A stretch of 38,518 bases of DNA from an uncultured Thermoprotei archaeon. Its GTDB lineage: Archaea > Thermoproteota > Thermoprotei > Thermofilales > B15-G2. The first letter of the stretch is position 1. Every line of letters starts with the position of its first letter. The notes below the pieces were generated by a model. It ran no database searches. It was not told the DNA's origin and saw only the letters and a list, made by a program, of their open reading frames with translations. The stretch covers positions 1-38,518 of the forward strand of contig CBDUKN010000023.1 of the NCBI GenBank assembly GCA_965367815.1, read 5' to 3'. The position numbers and the translations under genes were made by a program. Positions 27,694 through 37,060 of this stretch are shown here, piece after piece.

Positions 27694-28347
27694 TCACTTA
27701 ACTTCTTTAACTTTAAACTGGAAATATGTATCTACAGTCTTAGCTATAACATAACTCATTGTAATTAAAGCCAGTAAAGTTAGGGTGACTAAAGGCGTGT
27801 AGAAGAAGCTGGCAATAAATACTAAGAAAAGCCTTACGTCACGTGAAGCAAACATAGGCACTTTACCTGTTACGCCTACATGAGTTTTCAGTGCGGCTCT
27901 TCCCTGAGAGTGAACATAGCTTACCATAAGGCAGCCAAGTAGAGCTAAAGAACCAACTACAGCAGAAATCAAAGGCCTAGTCTGAGCAGAAACAATAGTT
28001 AATGCTATAACAACAGCTGCGTCAGCGAGTCTATCTAAAATAGAGTCTAGAAAAGCTCCTAGAGGAGAAGTCTGGTCTCGAGCTCTAGCGAGCTCGCCGT
28101 CGACGCCGTCAACTATGGAAGAAATCTGAACAAGCAGACCTGCTAGAGGATCTAGTCTAGGCAAGTAGAGCAGTGAGCCCATTAAGGCTAAGAGGAAACT
28201 TATAAACGATACCTGATTTGGAGTCACTGGAATATTCTTCTTTAGAATAAATTCTGTAATTCTTTTAGATATTTTTCGGTTAATAGTTCTAGATACAGGT
28301 CCGTCTGTAGTTTTTCCAACTACAGGTTTTGTCGCCATGTATCCCAC
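27694..28347 (-). CDS. dipB: CDP-alcohol phosphotransferase, di-myo-inositol-phosphate-phosphate synthase (DIPPS)
   Basis: DGVDGELAR..TSPLGAFLDSILDR; DIPPS-type KTTDGPVSRTINRKIS and SRDVR; next to MIPS and IPCT. Confidence 0.85.
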   Translation of the reverse strand: MGYMATKPVVGKTTDGPVSRTINRKISKRITEFILKKNIPVTPNQVSFISFLLALMGSLLYLPRLDPLAGLLVQISSIVDGVDGELARARDQTSPLGAFLDSILDRLADAAVVIALTIVSAQTRPLISAVVGSLALLGCLMVSYVHSQGRAALKTHVGVTGKVPMFASRDVRLFLVFIASFFYTPLVTLTLLALITMSYVIAKTVDTYFQFKVKEVK

Positions 28348-28622
28348 TCAGTTTAAACTAATAAATATTTTTATTTATAAAAATATCAGTAGTAGTGGCT
28401 GGAGCAAAATTTTTTCTCTTTGTACTATTTGAGACGGAGGAGTATTTAAATATTATGATATATTGACGAATTCGAATGCTTTTTACTAAACAAAAGGAGC
28501 GAAAGATTCATATACTCTTTCTTTCTAAACCTCTACCGAAACTTATCCTTCAAATAATCTCTCTCTGCTCAATATCACCTAACTTTCCTGAAAATATATA
28601 TAGTAATTATATGGGTGGGAGT

Positions 28623-29819
28623 ATGGTTAGGGTCATAGTATTAGGATTAGGAATGGTGGGAATAATATTCAGTGTAGGACTTGAGAGAATAAAGAAGGGC
28701 GAAGTAAAGCCATACGGCGTACCATTCGCTGACGTAGACCTTGGAATAAAAATAAGTGACCTAGAGCTAGCCGGGGCAATCGAAGTAGATTCCAGAAAAG
28801 TGGGACGCACAGTATACGAAGTAGCCAGAGAGTTTTACAGAATGGAGCACGTACCAGAGTCCCTTAAAGCAGTAAAAGTATACCCCGGCCTCGGAGCAGA
28901 GTTTGTCGAAGACCTATTTCCAGTACAGAAGCTCAGCCACAGAGAGGCAATGGACAGAGTCTACGAGACACTAAAGGAGCTCAAGCCAGATGTCATACTA
29001 GACGTAACTACTACACAGCAAGGCAAAATCTACAAGTCTTGGCTAGAATACGAGAAAGACGTACTCAAGGGCAAAGCAGCTCCATCGCAAGTATACGCCT
29101 ACCTAGCGCTCCGCTACGCTGATGAAGTAAAGCCAGTAGCCTACGTAAACCTAATACCGACACCAGTAGCAAACAGCCCAGCTATAATATCGGCGGCAGA
29201 GAAAGTAGGAGCAGTAGTACTAGGCGACGACGGCGCAACTGGAGCAACACCATTCACAGCCGATATACTAGAGCATCTCAGAGAAAGAAACAGAAGAGTA
29301 TACTGTATAGCACAGTTCAACATTGGAGGAAACACCGATTTCCTCGCACTACTAGACGAGAAACGTAACAAAGCCAAGAAGGGCACTAAGAGTAGTATTG
29401 TCAAAGACATTCTAGGCTACGAGCCACCTAACTACATTAGACCGACAGGCTACCTAGAGCCTCTCGGAGACAAGAAGTTCGTAGCAATGCACATAATGTA
29501 TGAGTCCTTCAACGGAGCTGTAGACGAAATAATAGTGAACATGAGAATAAACGACAGCCCGGCGCTAGCAGGACTAATGGTAGACCTTGCTAGACTAGCT
29601 AAACTAGCACTAGACAAAGGTATACGCGGCACAGTATACGAAATAAACGCATTCTTCACGAAGAAGCCAGCTCCACTAGGCTCTAGAAACATCGCCCGTA
29701 TACTAGCATACCACCAGCTACTAAACTTCATTGAAAGCATCAGAGCTAAGAAAATAAGCGTCGAAAGAGAAGTAGTACTAGAGAAGCCTGTAAGCGAGGA
29801 GGTCTATGGCGCTGAGTGA
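28623..29819 (+). CDS. ino1: myo-inositol-1(3)-phosphate synthase
   Basis: VIVLGLGMVG Rossmann motif, LGDDGATGAT, QFNIGGNTDFL, LGDKKF, INDSPALAG; start at ATG 28623 after GGTGGGA rather than 28476. Confidence 0.93.
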   Translation: MVRVIVLGLGMVGIIFSVGLERIKKGEVKPYGVPFADVDLGIKISDLELAGAIEVDSRKVGRTVYEVAREFYRMEHVPESLKAVKVYPGLGAEFVEDLFPVQKLSHREAMDRVYETLKELKPDVILDVTTTQQGKIYKSWLEYEKDVLKGKAAPSQVYAYLALRYADEVKPVAYVNLIPTPVANSPAIISAAEKVGAVVLGDDGATGATPFTADILEHLRERNRRVYCIAQFNIGGNTDFLALLDEKRNKAKKGTKSSIVKDILGYEPPNYIRPTGYLEPLGDKKFVAMHIMYESFNGAVDEIIVNMRINDSPALAGLMVDLARLAKLALDKGIRGTVYEINAFFTKKPAPLGSRNIARILAYHQLLNFIESIRAKKISVEREVVLEKPVSEEVYGAE

Positions 29820-30606
29820 AGCAGTAATACTAGCAGCAGGCCTAAGCACTAGACTAAGGAAAATTACTAGAGGACTCCCTAAACAAGCTCTAAAATTACT
29901 AGGAGCACCACTAATAGCGTATCCGGTAGCTTGCCTATACGCAGCAGGTGTAAGAAAATTCCACGTAGTAGTAAACCCTATTACTGCTAAATACATTTCA
30001 GATATTTTTTCTACACTTGATTTAAAATACGATACTGTTGTTAATGATACTCCCGGGAAGGGAAATGGCTATAGCTTCATTTTAGGCTTAAGTTTACTTG
30101 AATCAAAATATGCTTTCTTATCTATGTCTGATCATATTTTCCATCCACATATTCCATTTCGCTTACTTGAAGTAGATAAAGAATACGATCTCCTTGTTGG
30201 AGTAGATTCTTCTCCCCGCTTAGTTAGTCTCGAGGAGGCGACAAAAGTATATGTGTCACCTGAAGGCAGAGTACTCGATATTGGGAAAAATATTGAGAAA
30301 TATACTCACGTAGACATAGGCCTCTTTGTTGTTAGCAGGAATATTGAAGAAGAGTGCTTGAAGTATGCTAGACAAGAGAAGAAGGTTGAGCTCTCTTCTT
30401 TAATAAAATACATATCTAATATATACAGAGTATATGCTAAAGACGTAGAGGGTCTACCTTGGATAGATGTAGATACTCCTGAGGACTTAAAGAAGGCTAC
30501 AAGTAGAGCAGAATTCCTTTTAAGTAAGGTAATTGAGTGTATTCCAGAAATATTCTGCAAAAAGTTTAAAGAAAGTAAGTCGGCCTATATTGTTAGTCTT
30601 AGCTAG
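29806..30606 (+). CDS. dipA: CTP:inositol-1-phosphate cytidylyltransferase (IPCT)
   Basis: AVILAAGLSTRL..PK, GNGYS, MSDH, EATKV, VDIG.F, WIDVDTPEDL. Confidence 0.87.
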   Translation: MALSEAVILAAGLSTRLRKITRGLPKQALKLLGAPLIAYPVACLYAAGVRKFHVVVNPITAKYISDIFSTLDLKYDTVVNDTPGKGNGYSFILGLSLLESKYAFLSMSDHIFHPHIPFRLLEVDKEYDLLVGVDSSPRLVSLEEATKVYVSPEGRVLDIGKNIEKYTHVDIGLFVVSRNIEEECLKYARQEKKVELSSLIKYISNIYRVYAKDVEGLPWIDVDTPEDLKKATSRAEFLLSKVIECIPEIFCKKFKESKSAYIVSLS

Positions 30607-30890
30607 TGTTTGTATTCGAGTGCTTTAAAGGCGCATTTATGTACACATTCTAGGCATATTATACATTCTCCTCTTGGCTCTGAGTCGGCTTACACAGGAC
30701 ATATTCTGCTAAATAGATTGCAGTTTTTATATTCACTTTTTCTCTTAATCTTAACGAATGAAACTTTGTTTAGTAAGGAGAGTAGTGCGCTGTAAAGACA
30801 TATTATTTTTCAGAAAGGTCTATCTATGAATAGTGAGGCTAAAAGTACTACAGCAACGTCTACAAGAAGCGGGCCTTAAGCAAGAATGAA
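30603..30890 (-). pseudogene. C-terminal remnant of a NapH/YccM-type 4Fe-4S membrane protein
   Basis: LASLFIDRPF(fs)KIICLYSALLSL..NCNLFSRICPV*..ECIICLECVHKCA. Confidence 0.7.
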
Positions 30891-30954
30891 TAAACTATGC
30901 TTTATAACTCGAGTAGAGGGTAAATAACTACTAGTGTAGTGGTTAAGACAATGT

Positions 30955-31776
30955 TTAGCTTGGCGGTGGCGGCGGAGGTGAAGGAGGCGCAGGAGCGGTT
31001 GTGGGCCGCGAAGGCTTTCTGAGCAAGAGTACTAATACTACAATAACTGCTACTATTACTATAACTGCTATTACTAGTAGAAGGACAGGTATAGCGTAGC
31101 CGCCTACAATAATGTAGCCTAGTATACTTAAGATTCCTCCAGCTCCCGCAGAGACATTTGTTTCTTTAAGCAGAATTATTAGCTCGACCTGTCCTGTCTC
31201 CATAGTCTTGGAAAAGTATATTTTAATTAAGAGTCCTGTTGTCTTATCGTAATATATTTCCATTCCCTCGTCGGTTACAGCTTTCCAGCAAATCCAGCTT
31301 TTGCCACTGGCGTCTTTAACTACTTCTGTGCCAACAATAGTTGCTGTTTTACCTTTACCTACAACTATCTTAGATCCTTCTTTAACATCGGTCGGCAGCC
31401 ACATTCCTTCGCCTGTAATTTCTGTACCGGGTAGAGGTTTCTGCTGGCCTCCAGTAGACTGAATCCACTCTACTTTCTTTACTTTACCTGTATTTGGATC
31501 TATGTAGACTTTGTACTTGTATTCTACATTAAATCCCATGAACTCAGCTTTACCGTAAACAAGGAGAATTAAGTCAGTAGAAGTTCTTTCGAGAACTTCC
31601 CAGCCTGTTTCACCTGTAATAGTCATCTGAATGCCTTTAGCTTGAGCAGTCATCTTGAGGTCATATTTAGCGTAAGTACCTTTAGAGAAGTATGATGGAA
31701 CAGGCGTAGAGTAAGCTACTGGCAGTAGAACGAGGCTCATCACTAACATCAGTAAGGCTAGGTTCTTGTATTCCAT
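30955..31776 (-). CDS. Secreted, C-terminally anchored protein with polyproline tail
   Basis: Signal peptide; beta-rich domain (PSYFSKGTYAKY..CWK..YYDKTTGLLIK); long TM, RK, PAPPSPPPPPPS. Confidence 0.85.
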   Translation of the reverse strand: MEYKNLALLMLVMSLVLLPVAYSTPVPSYFSKGTYAKYDLKMTAQAKGIQMTITGETGWEVLERTSTDLILLVYGKAEFMGFNVEYKYKVYIDPNTGKVKKVEWIQSTGGQQKPLPGTEITGEGMWLPTDVKEGSKIVVGKGKTATIVGTEVVKDASGKSWICWKAVTDEGMEIYYDKTTGLLIKIYFSKTMETGQVELIILLKETNVSAGAGGILSILGYIIVGGYAIPVLLLVIAVIVIVAVIVVLVLLLRKPSRPTTAPAPPSPPPPPPS

Positions 31777-31869
31777 ATTTATTTAAAGAATATGGAATTA
31801 TATAATCTTTTCTCATTTTATTGGGTCAAATATAAGATAAACATCTATATACTTTTTCCTAAAATTAAA

Positions 31870-32061
31870 CACAAGTCTCAGGCAGGTGAGGTAGGCCAGC
31901 TAGCAGAGTATGTGAGTACGCTAATCTCCTTTATGATAGGTTTGCGCCTATTAGAAAAGCTTAAGAAAGAAGTATTCATTGTATACGAGAAGAAGAGTAA
32001 AGTAAAAATATATAAGTTAACTGAAAAGATTAAAAACCAAGTAAACTTGAATATGCCTTAA
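31870..32061 (+). pseudogene. Possible winged-helix regulator remnant
   Basis: RLLEKLKKEVFIVYEKKSKVKIYKLTEK resembles a wHTH wing; N-terminal half missing. Confidence 0.3.
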
Positions 32062-32123
32062 GAATACTAAGAAAGCTTTGGGCTAGAGTAGAATAAATTT
32101 ATCTCTCTAGCGTAGTAGAATAA

Positions 32124-32567
32124 GTGATGAAAAACGGTTGTCATGACTCCAAGGTGAAGAACTTTCCTGCTGATTTCATAAAAGATATCTTCAAAATCCT
32201 AATGTTTCCAGGAAAATCGCTTGCAGTAAAAATGGATAAGAGTTTTGCTAGTTTCTTAGAAAAAATGGAGAAGGAAATAAAGTCTGGTGATAGACAACTT
32301 TTATTTCATAAATATTTTATCCTAGCAGAATATATAGTTATGTTCGCTACGGGCTTCTTTTTAGGCTACCATAGCTACGCAACTAGAATAATTATTGTTC
32401 TCTTATTGCTTCTTCCCATCTTAGCATTAATTGATACTTGTGCATCTAAAAGAATTTATAGAAAACTTTCATGGAATCCAAAGTACTTAACATCACTGCT
32501 CTGGTGTTACGACATGATATACTACTTTATAATAGGATCGCTAATAGCTACACTAACTAGGGGCTGA
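32124..32567 (+). CDS. Hypothetical membrane protein (3 TM)
   Basis: 147-aa ORF with three hydrophobic segments. Confidence 0.6.
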   Translation: MMKNGCHDSKVKNFPADFIKDIFKILMFPGKSLAVKMDKSFASFLEKMEKEIKSGDRQLLFHKYFILAEYIVMFATGFFLGYHSYATRIIIVLLLLLPILALIDTCASKRIYRKLSWNPKYLTSLLWCYDMIYYFIIGSLIATLTRG

Positions 32568-32776
32568 TAATTAGCAAATACTTTCAAGCTACTTAATCCA
32601 AAGAATAGTAATACTTTGTATTAAATTTATTAATCATGAGGAATGCTAGAAGTTGAGTTACTTAAGTTGATTAAAGCCAAATTAGAGTATTGAAGAAGAT
32701 AGAGTTTATGCCTGTAAAACAGATAGATATATAGTGCTTTGTTGAAGTGATAGGCAAAGTTCTAAGTTATTAATGC

Positions 32777-33166
32777 TTAAGGAACTAGTCTATTTTTAAG
32801 AAATTCGAAGTGAGCTTTACCTAGTGTAGCTAGATTTGCATTGTAGAGTAAGGCATAGGCTGCTACAAGTAAGTCACTGAAAAGTATTTTCTCATCCTTC
32901 TTAGCTAATTCGAGTTCAAGTTCAAGTGCTTTTCAATTAATTTCTGGCTACCGTAGTTAATTATACCCAAGGATTCTACCTTTCTTTTCTTTCTGCAAGT
33001 TCTTCTTCGCTAATTTTTCTCCCTACTTTATGTCAATAAAGATACTCGTATAGACTTATCTACAGAATAATGATTTCATCGTACTCGGCTAGAAGATATA
33101 CTAAATTTTCTCGCCCTCTATCTAATAGCTCAATAATGAAAGATGTATCTAATACTACTTTACCAC
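32777..33166 (-). pseudogene. vapC: VapC PIN toxin pseudogene
   Basis: KVVLDTSFII..IIIL*ISLYEYLY*..(fs)..LFSDLLVAAYAL..LATLGKAHF; start overlaps the antitoxin stop. Confidence 0.82.
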
Positions 33167-33387
33167 CACTCTCTGTTCTCGATTTTCTTGACTGCTTCTT
33201 CAACTTTCTTCACCTCTTTTTCAGGTAAACGAGTTTCTTCAATGAGTTTCAAGAAGCAACGTTTACGTTCTTCGTAGAAAACATCTACAAGCTTATCAAT
33301 AGTTTTTCCAAAGCTTTTGGCTTTAAGTAAATTTTTAACTTTCTTAAATCTTTCATATGTTTCGTTTCTAACAGAGATAACTCTCAT
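33160..33387 (-). CDS. vapB: VapB-type (RHH-like) antitoxin
   Basis: MRVISVRNETYERFKKVK..SFGKTIDKLV; ends REWW like the antitoxin at 165; upstream of a PIN pseudogene. Confidence 0.75.
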   Translation of the reverse strand: MRVISVRNETYERFKKVKNLLKAKSFGKTIDKLVDVFYEERKRCFLKLIEETRLPEKEVKKVEEAVKKIENREWW

Positions 33388-33550
33388 TAATTATTTGTTT
33401 GAAAATACTATCATATAAGTATACTGCTAAACTAGTATAATAGTATAGCAATATTGTGCTGCTGAGTAATTGCAGAAGATTGTTGTTTAATGACTTTAGT
33501 AAGTAGTGGACTAGGATAAGGATATATTTATATTTTACTATAGTATAGTA

Positions 33551-34786
33551 GTGAGGCGAAATAATAGGGCGATTGTGCTTGGCAGTTATCTATTACTGAT
33601 TATGGTTCTTCACTTTCTGATAATTGTTTCTGCTTTTATGCAGATTTTTTCATTTAAAGCATATCTTTTCTATAGACCAGAAATAGTATGGAAGGCTGTG
33701 TGGGGATCTGAGAAAGTATTAGGAACAGAAGCCTGTTTTGATGGATGCTGTGATTTAGTTTATTTTAATGGAGTTTTGTATGTCGTCGGTGAAAGTGATT
33801 TTAGTCCTTATTCTATTAGGGTTAAGTCTACTGGCCTACTTTTGACATATAATGGTAATGGGTCTTTGCTCTGGTATAAAGTTTTTAGAAATAATGGGTC
33901 TGAATTAGTGTTTTATGGAGTAGAAGTTTACGGCAATAAACTTTATATATTGTCTTCAAAGGGAGTTTTAGTCGTTTATTTTAATGGGTCTATTAATAAA
34001 TTTATTGCAGTTGATTTAAAGTGGAGTTTCTGGAAGAAACTTTTTTGCCGCAATAATAGTTTACTTTATTTTTGGCTGAGCAACGGGACTCTTGCGGAGT
34101 ATAATTTAGTGAATGACAGTATTATTTTGAAGAGTAGTCGAGGTGTTTTTGGTGAGGTTTGCTGTTTTGTAGTGAATGGGTCAAGAGTGTATTTAGTGTC
34201 TTTGAGTAGTAGTGAATATTATTTAAATATTTTAGAGAATAAAAACGATTATATTGAGTGTATTAAAGTTTTGAGACTTAATTTGAGTAGCGCAGAAGAT
34301 ATTGTCGTGTATGGCAATAAAGTATTTGTTATCGGCGAAAAAGTTGTTGGGTCTAAGGAGTTTGATTCACGGAGACCGATTGAGGATGTTTTAGTGATAT
34401 ATGATGTCTGTGAAAATTCTTTGCGTGAGGCAAGGTTGAGGATTTTTGATCAGACAGTTTTTAAGAGAAATTGTGTTTATGTGGCTGGCTTTGTTCAAGG
34501 TTGCAAGATCGGTAGGAGGATTTTGTTAGCTAAGTTTAGTTTGAGTGGGGATTTGAAGTGGTATACTGTTTTCTTGAAGGGTTTTGGTGAATGTTTTGTT
34601 CAGTGTGTTAAGGTGTATGGTGATAGGATATATTTGGGTGGATTTGGTTTCCTTTCTACTACGCTGGAGAAGGAGGAGTGGTATAATGCAGTAGTATTCT
34701 GTATAAGAGATAGGGATCTTTCTTTAATCGATTTACTTAATAGTTTACTAGTATTTGTAAAAAATATGTTAAAGCAATTATCTTAA
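33551..34786 (+). CDS. Hypothetical N-anchored beta-propeller-like surface protein, possibly extended by frameshift to 34950
   Basis: N-terminal TM; recurring LYVVG / YNGNGSLLWY / VYVAG / KFSLSGDLKWY / IYLGG blade-like motifs. Confidence 0.65.
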   Translation: MRRNNRAIVLGSYLLLIMVLHFLIIVSAFMQIFSFKAYLFYRPEIVWKAVWGSEKVLGTEACFDGCCDLVYFNGVLYVVGESDFSPYSIRVKSTGLLLTYNGNGSLLWYKVFRNNGSELVFYGVEVYGNKLYILSSKGVLVVYFNGSINKFIAVDLKWSFWKKLFCRNNSLLYFWLSNGTLAEYNLVNDSIILKSSRGVFGEVCCFVVNGSRVYLVSLSSSEYYLNILENKNDYIECIKVLRLNLSSAEDIVVYGNKVFVIGEKVVGSKEFDSRRPIEDVLVIYDVCENSLREARLRIFDQTVFKRNCVYVAGFVQGCKIGRRILLAKFSLSGDLKWYTVFLKGFGECFVQCVKVYGDRIYLGGFGFLSTTLEKEEWYNAVVFCIRDRDLSLIDLLNSLLVFVKNMLKQLS

Positions 34787-34967
34787 TTCAAGTACCTGAA
34801 ACGTTTATAGTGTTTGCTCTTTATGCCGCTTTAACTTATGGTAAAAGAGAACGTTTTTCAGCTATAGTTTTTCTATTTGTTGTTACTATGCTTGCGTCTA
34901 TAATGTTACTGTATATTATTATTGATACATTAATTATAGAATTTCGTTAAATAGGCTAATTAGTCTG

Positions 34968-36128
34968 CTACTTTGTCTTTTCTTCCATGTTCTTTTTTAG
35001 GAGAAGTAGTGGAATCAGTGCTGTGGTATTAGCTAGTCCTCCTGTTATTAGTGTGAGGCGCGGGCTTATTTTTGTCCATATTTCTCCGCCTATTAGTGGT
35101 GATGGTAGTGTGCTTAAACCTACTAGAGTGTCTATGAAGCCTGATGAAGCGGCAATTTTGTGTTCTGGAGCTAGCTTTGATATTAGTTTTCTGCGTGCAG
35201 GCAGGTCTAAGGTCAGGCTTATTCCCATGAATATATGTACTGCTAGTAGATCCCAGAGTCCTGTAGTGAGGCCGTAGGATACGTAAGATATTGTGACGAA
35301 TACGAAGTGTGTGGCTAAAACGGGTATTCCTCCTATTTTGTCTACGAGGAGTCCGCTTAGAGGCTGAGACAGTATGTATACGAGGTTTCTGGCTGAGACG
35401 AGTACGCTGTATTCTAGTTCATTTAAGCCTACTACTTTTTTCGCGAAAAGTGCCGTGTATGAGGCTGAAATAAATACTGAGAAGTCGTGTACTACTACTG
35501 TAGCTGCGAGTAACATGAAGCTTTTAGATGAAAGCAGTGTTTTAGCGAAGTTCATGAAGCTCAAAGGTCTTTCAACTCTCTGTGTTTCAGGAAATTTTCT
35601 ATATGACAGGAGCGCTAGCCCTAAGGCGCATATGCTTGCAGTAAAGTAAAGTACACTGTAGTTCCAGTAACTGACTATGATTCCTGCGGCAAGTGAGCCT
35701 AAAGTTTTAGCGATGCCTGATGTAGTATAGTATGAAGCGAAAGCTAAGCCTAGTTTTTCTTCTATTTTTGATTCAGCTATAATTTCCATACTGGCTTGAG
35801 CGAAAAGAGCTATAGAGAAGCTGGCTACTGTCAGGAAGACTATGAGCTCGAAGAATGTTGACATATAGATTAGCGAGAAAAGAACTGCTGAGAGCACTAG
35901 AGCGGAGAGTGTAACTGATATTCTCCACTCGAGTTTCTCTGCTATTAAGCCTGCTACGATAGCCACTATCCACGGAAGATTCATTACCAATACTACTGAG
36001 AAGCCTACTTCCCATGCCTCGAAGCCCTTTGAGTCAATGTAAAGTGGGAGAAGGGTTTGCCAGAGAGCGTTGATAAAGTAGTAAAGGGAACTCAGAGCAA
36101 GAAGCCATAGATACGCTCTATTACTCAC
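34968..36128 (-). CDS. MFS transporter
   Basis: About 12 TM segments; AGLIAEKLEWR and SGLLVDKIGG motif-A variants. Confidence 0.92.
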   Translation of the reverse strand: MSNRAYLWLLALSSLYYFINALWQTLLPLYIDSKGFEAWEVGFSVVLVMNLPWIVAIVAGLIAEKLEWRISVTLSALVLSAVLFSLIYMSTFFELIVFLTVASFSIALFAQASMEIIAESKIEEKLGLAFASYYTTSGIAKTLGSLAAGIIVSYWNYSVLYFTASICALGLALLSYRKFPETQRVERPLSFMNFAKTLLSSKSFMLLAATVVVHDFSVFISASYTALFAKKVVGLNELEYSVLVSARNLVYILSQPLSGLLVDKIGGIPVLATHFVFVTISYVSYGLTTGLWDLLAVHIFMGISLTLDLPARRKLISKLAPEHKIAASSGFIDTLVGLSTLPSPLIGGEIWTKISPRLTLITGGLANTTALIPLLLLKKNMEEKTK

Positions 36129-36140
36129 ATTTAAGACAAT

Positions 36141-36972
36141 ATGGGTTTCTTTAAAACATTTATTAATTCAGTATACAATATAGTAGGAACACCAGCATAT
36201 ATTATTAAACTTGACCCAGCTAAAAGTCTAGAAGAAAATATTTTATCGATAATAACTCCAGGAAGCTACCTATACGACGAAGCAGTGAATTTTTTGCGAC
36301 AAGAAGTCAGAGAACCTAAAACCTACTTCAATATTCTAGTAGCTTTATCAGAAAAGCCGGAAAAATGAGTGCATTAGCCTCAGCGGCTAAAGTAGACTCT
36401 CGAACACTGCCTAAGTACATAGAGTTACTAGAAGAACTAGACGTAATAGAGAAAATAAGAAAACTTGGAGGAAGAGCAGTAAAGATAGACTTTAAAGATA
36501 ACTACTTCAGATTCTGGTTCACCTACATCTACAAGCTACGATCACTACTCGAAGCATACCTACTTGACGAAGCACTAAACTATATTTTAAGCACATTAGA
36601 CTAGTACTTATCAAAAGTATTCGAGAAACTGTGCTCAGAACTACTCCCAGAACTCTACAAGCATAATATAGTACCAGTGAGACCCGTGGAAAAGGGATCT
36701 TGGTGGAGTAAACAAGCCGAAATAGATATAATGGTAAGAGAACCTGGAAAAGCAACAGCCTTTATCGAAGTTAAGTGGAGAAGATTATCTCTAAGAGAAG
36801 CCGAAGAAATACTCGACCGGCTCGAAGAAAAATCTTCGAAAACAAGACTTTCTTCTCCACAAAACTACTATATATTAGTATGCAAAGAAGTAGAAGAAAA
36901 ACTCCAGTAAAAATAGATACATATAAATCAATAATAGATTTAAGTATAGTAGAAAAAACAGTAAGATGTTAA
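36141..36972 (+). pseudogene. 5'-truncated archaeal ATPase-DUF234 pseudogene
   Basis: GTPAY, LYDEAVNFLRQEVREPKTYFNIL, FKDNYFRFWF, FEKLC, WWSKQAEIDI..FIEVKW in fragments separated by frameshifts and a stop; no Walker A. Confidence 0.85.
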
Positions 36973-37060
36973 GGTAAATTAAATAACGGCAATCTATGCA
37001 ACAAATATCATAATTTAGCACTGAGCGAATTTAAATACTCTTCGAAGAAAAATAATACTT

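Noticed and set aside
28476-28622. 49-aa N-terminal extension of MIPS
   Set aside because: Family similarity starts at MVRVIVLG (28623) after an SD-like site; the extension covers the promoter region
30610-30795. 61-aa + strand ORF
   Set aside because: Antisense to the 4Fe-4S protein remnant
5397-36972. Many short ORFs nested in or opposite long genes (e.g. 5397, 9882, 10215, 11698, 17277, 17649, 20522, 22119-22898, 25474, 28607, 29141, 29450, 30306, 34987, 35374, 35773, 36519)
   Set aside because: They overlap well-supported genes and have no recognisable motifs
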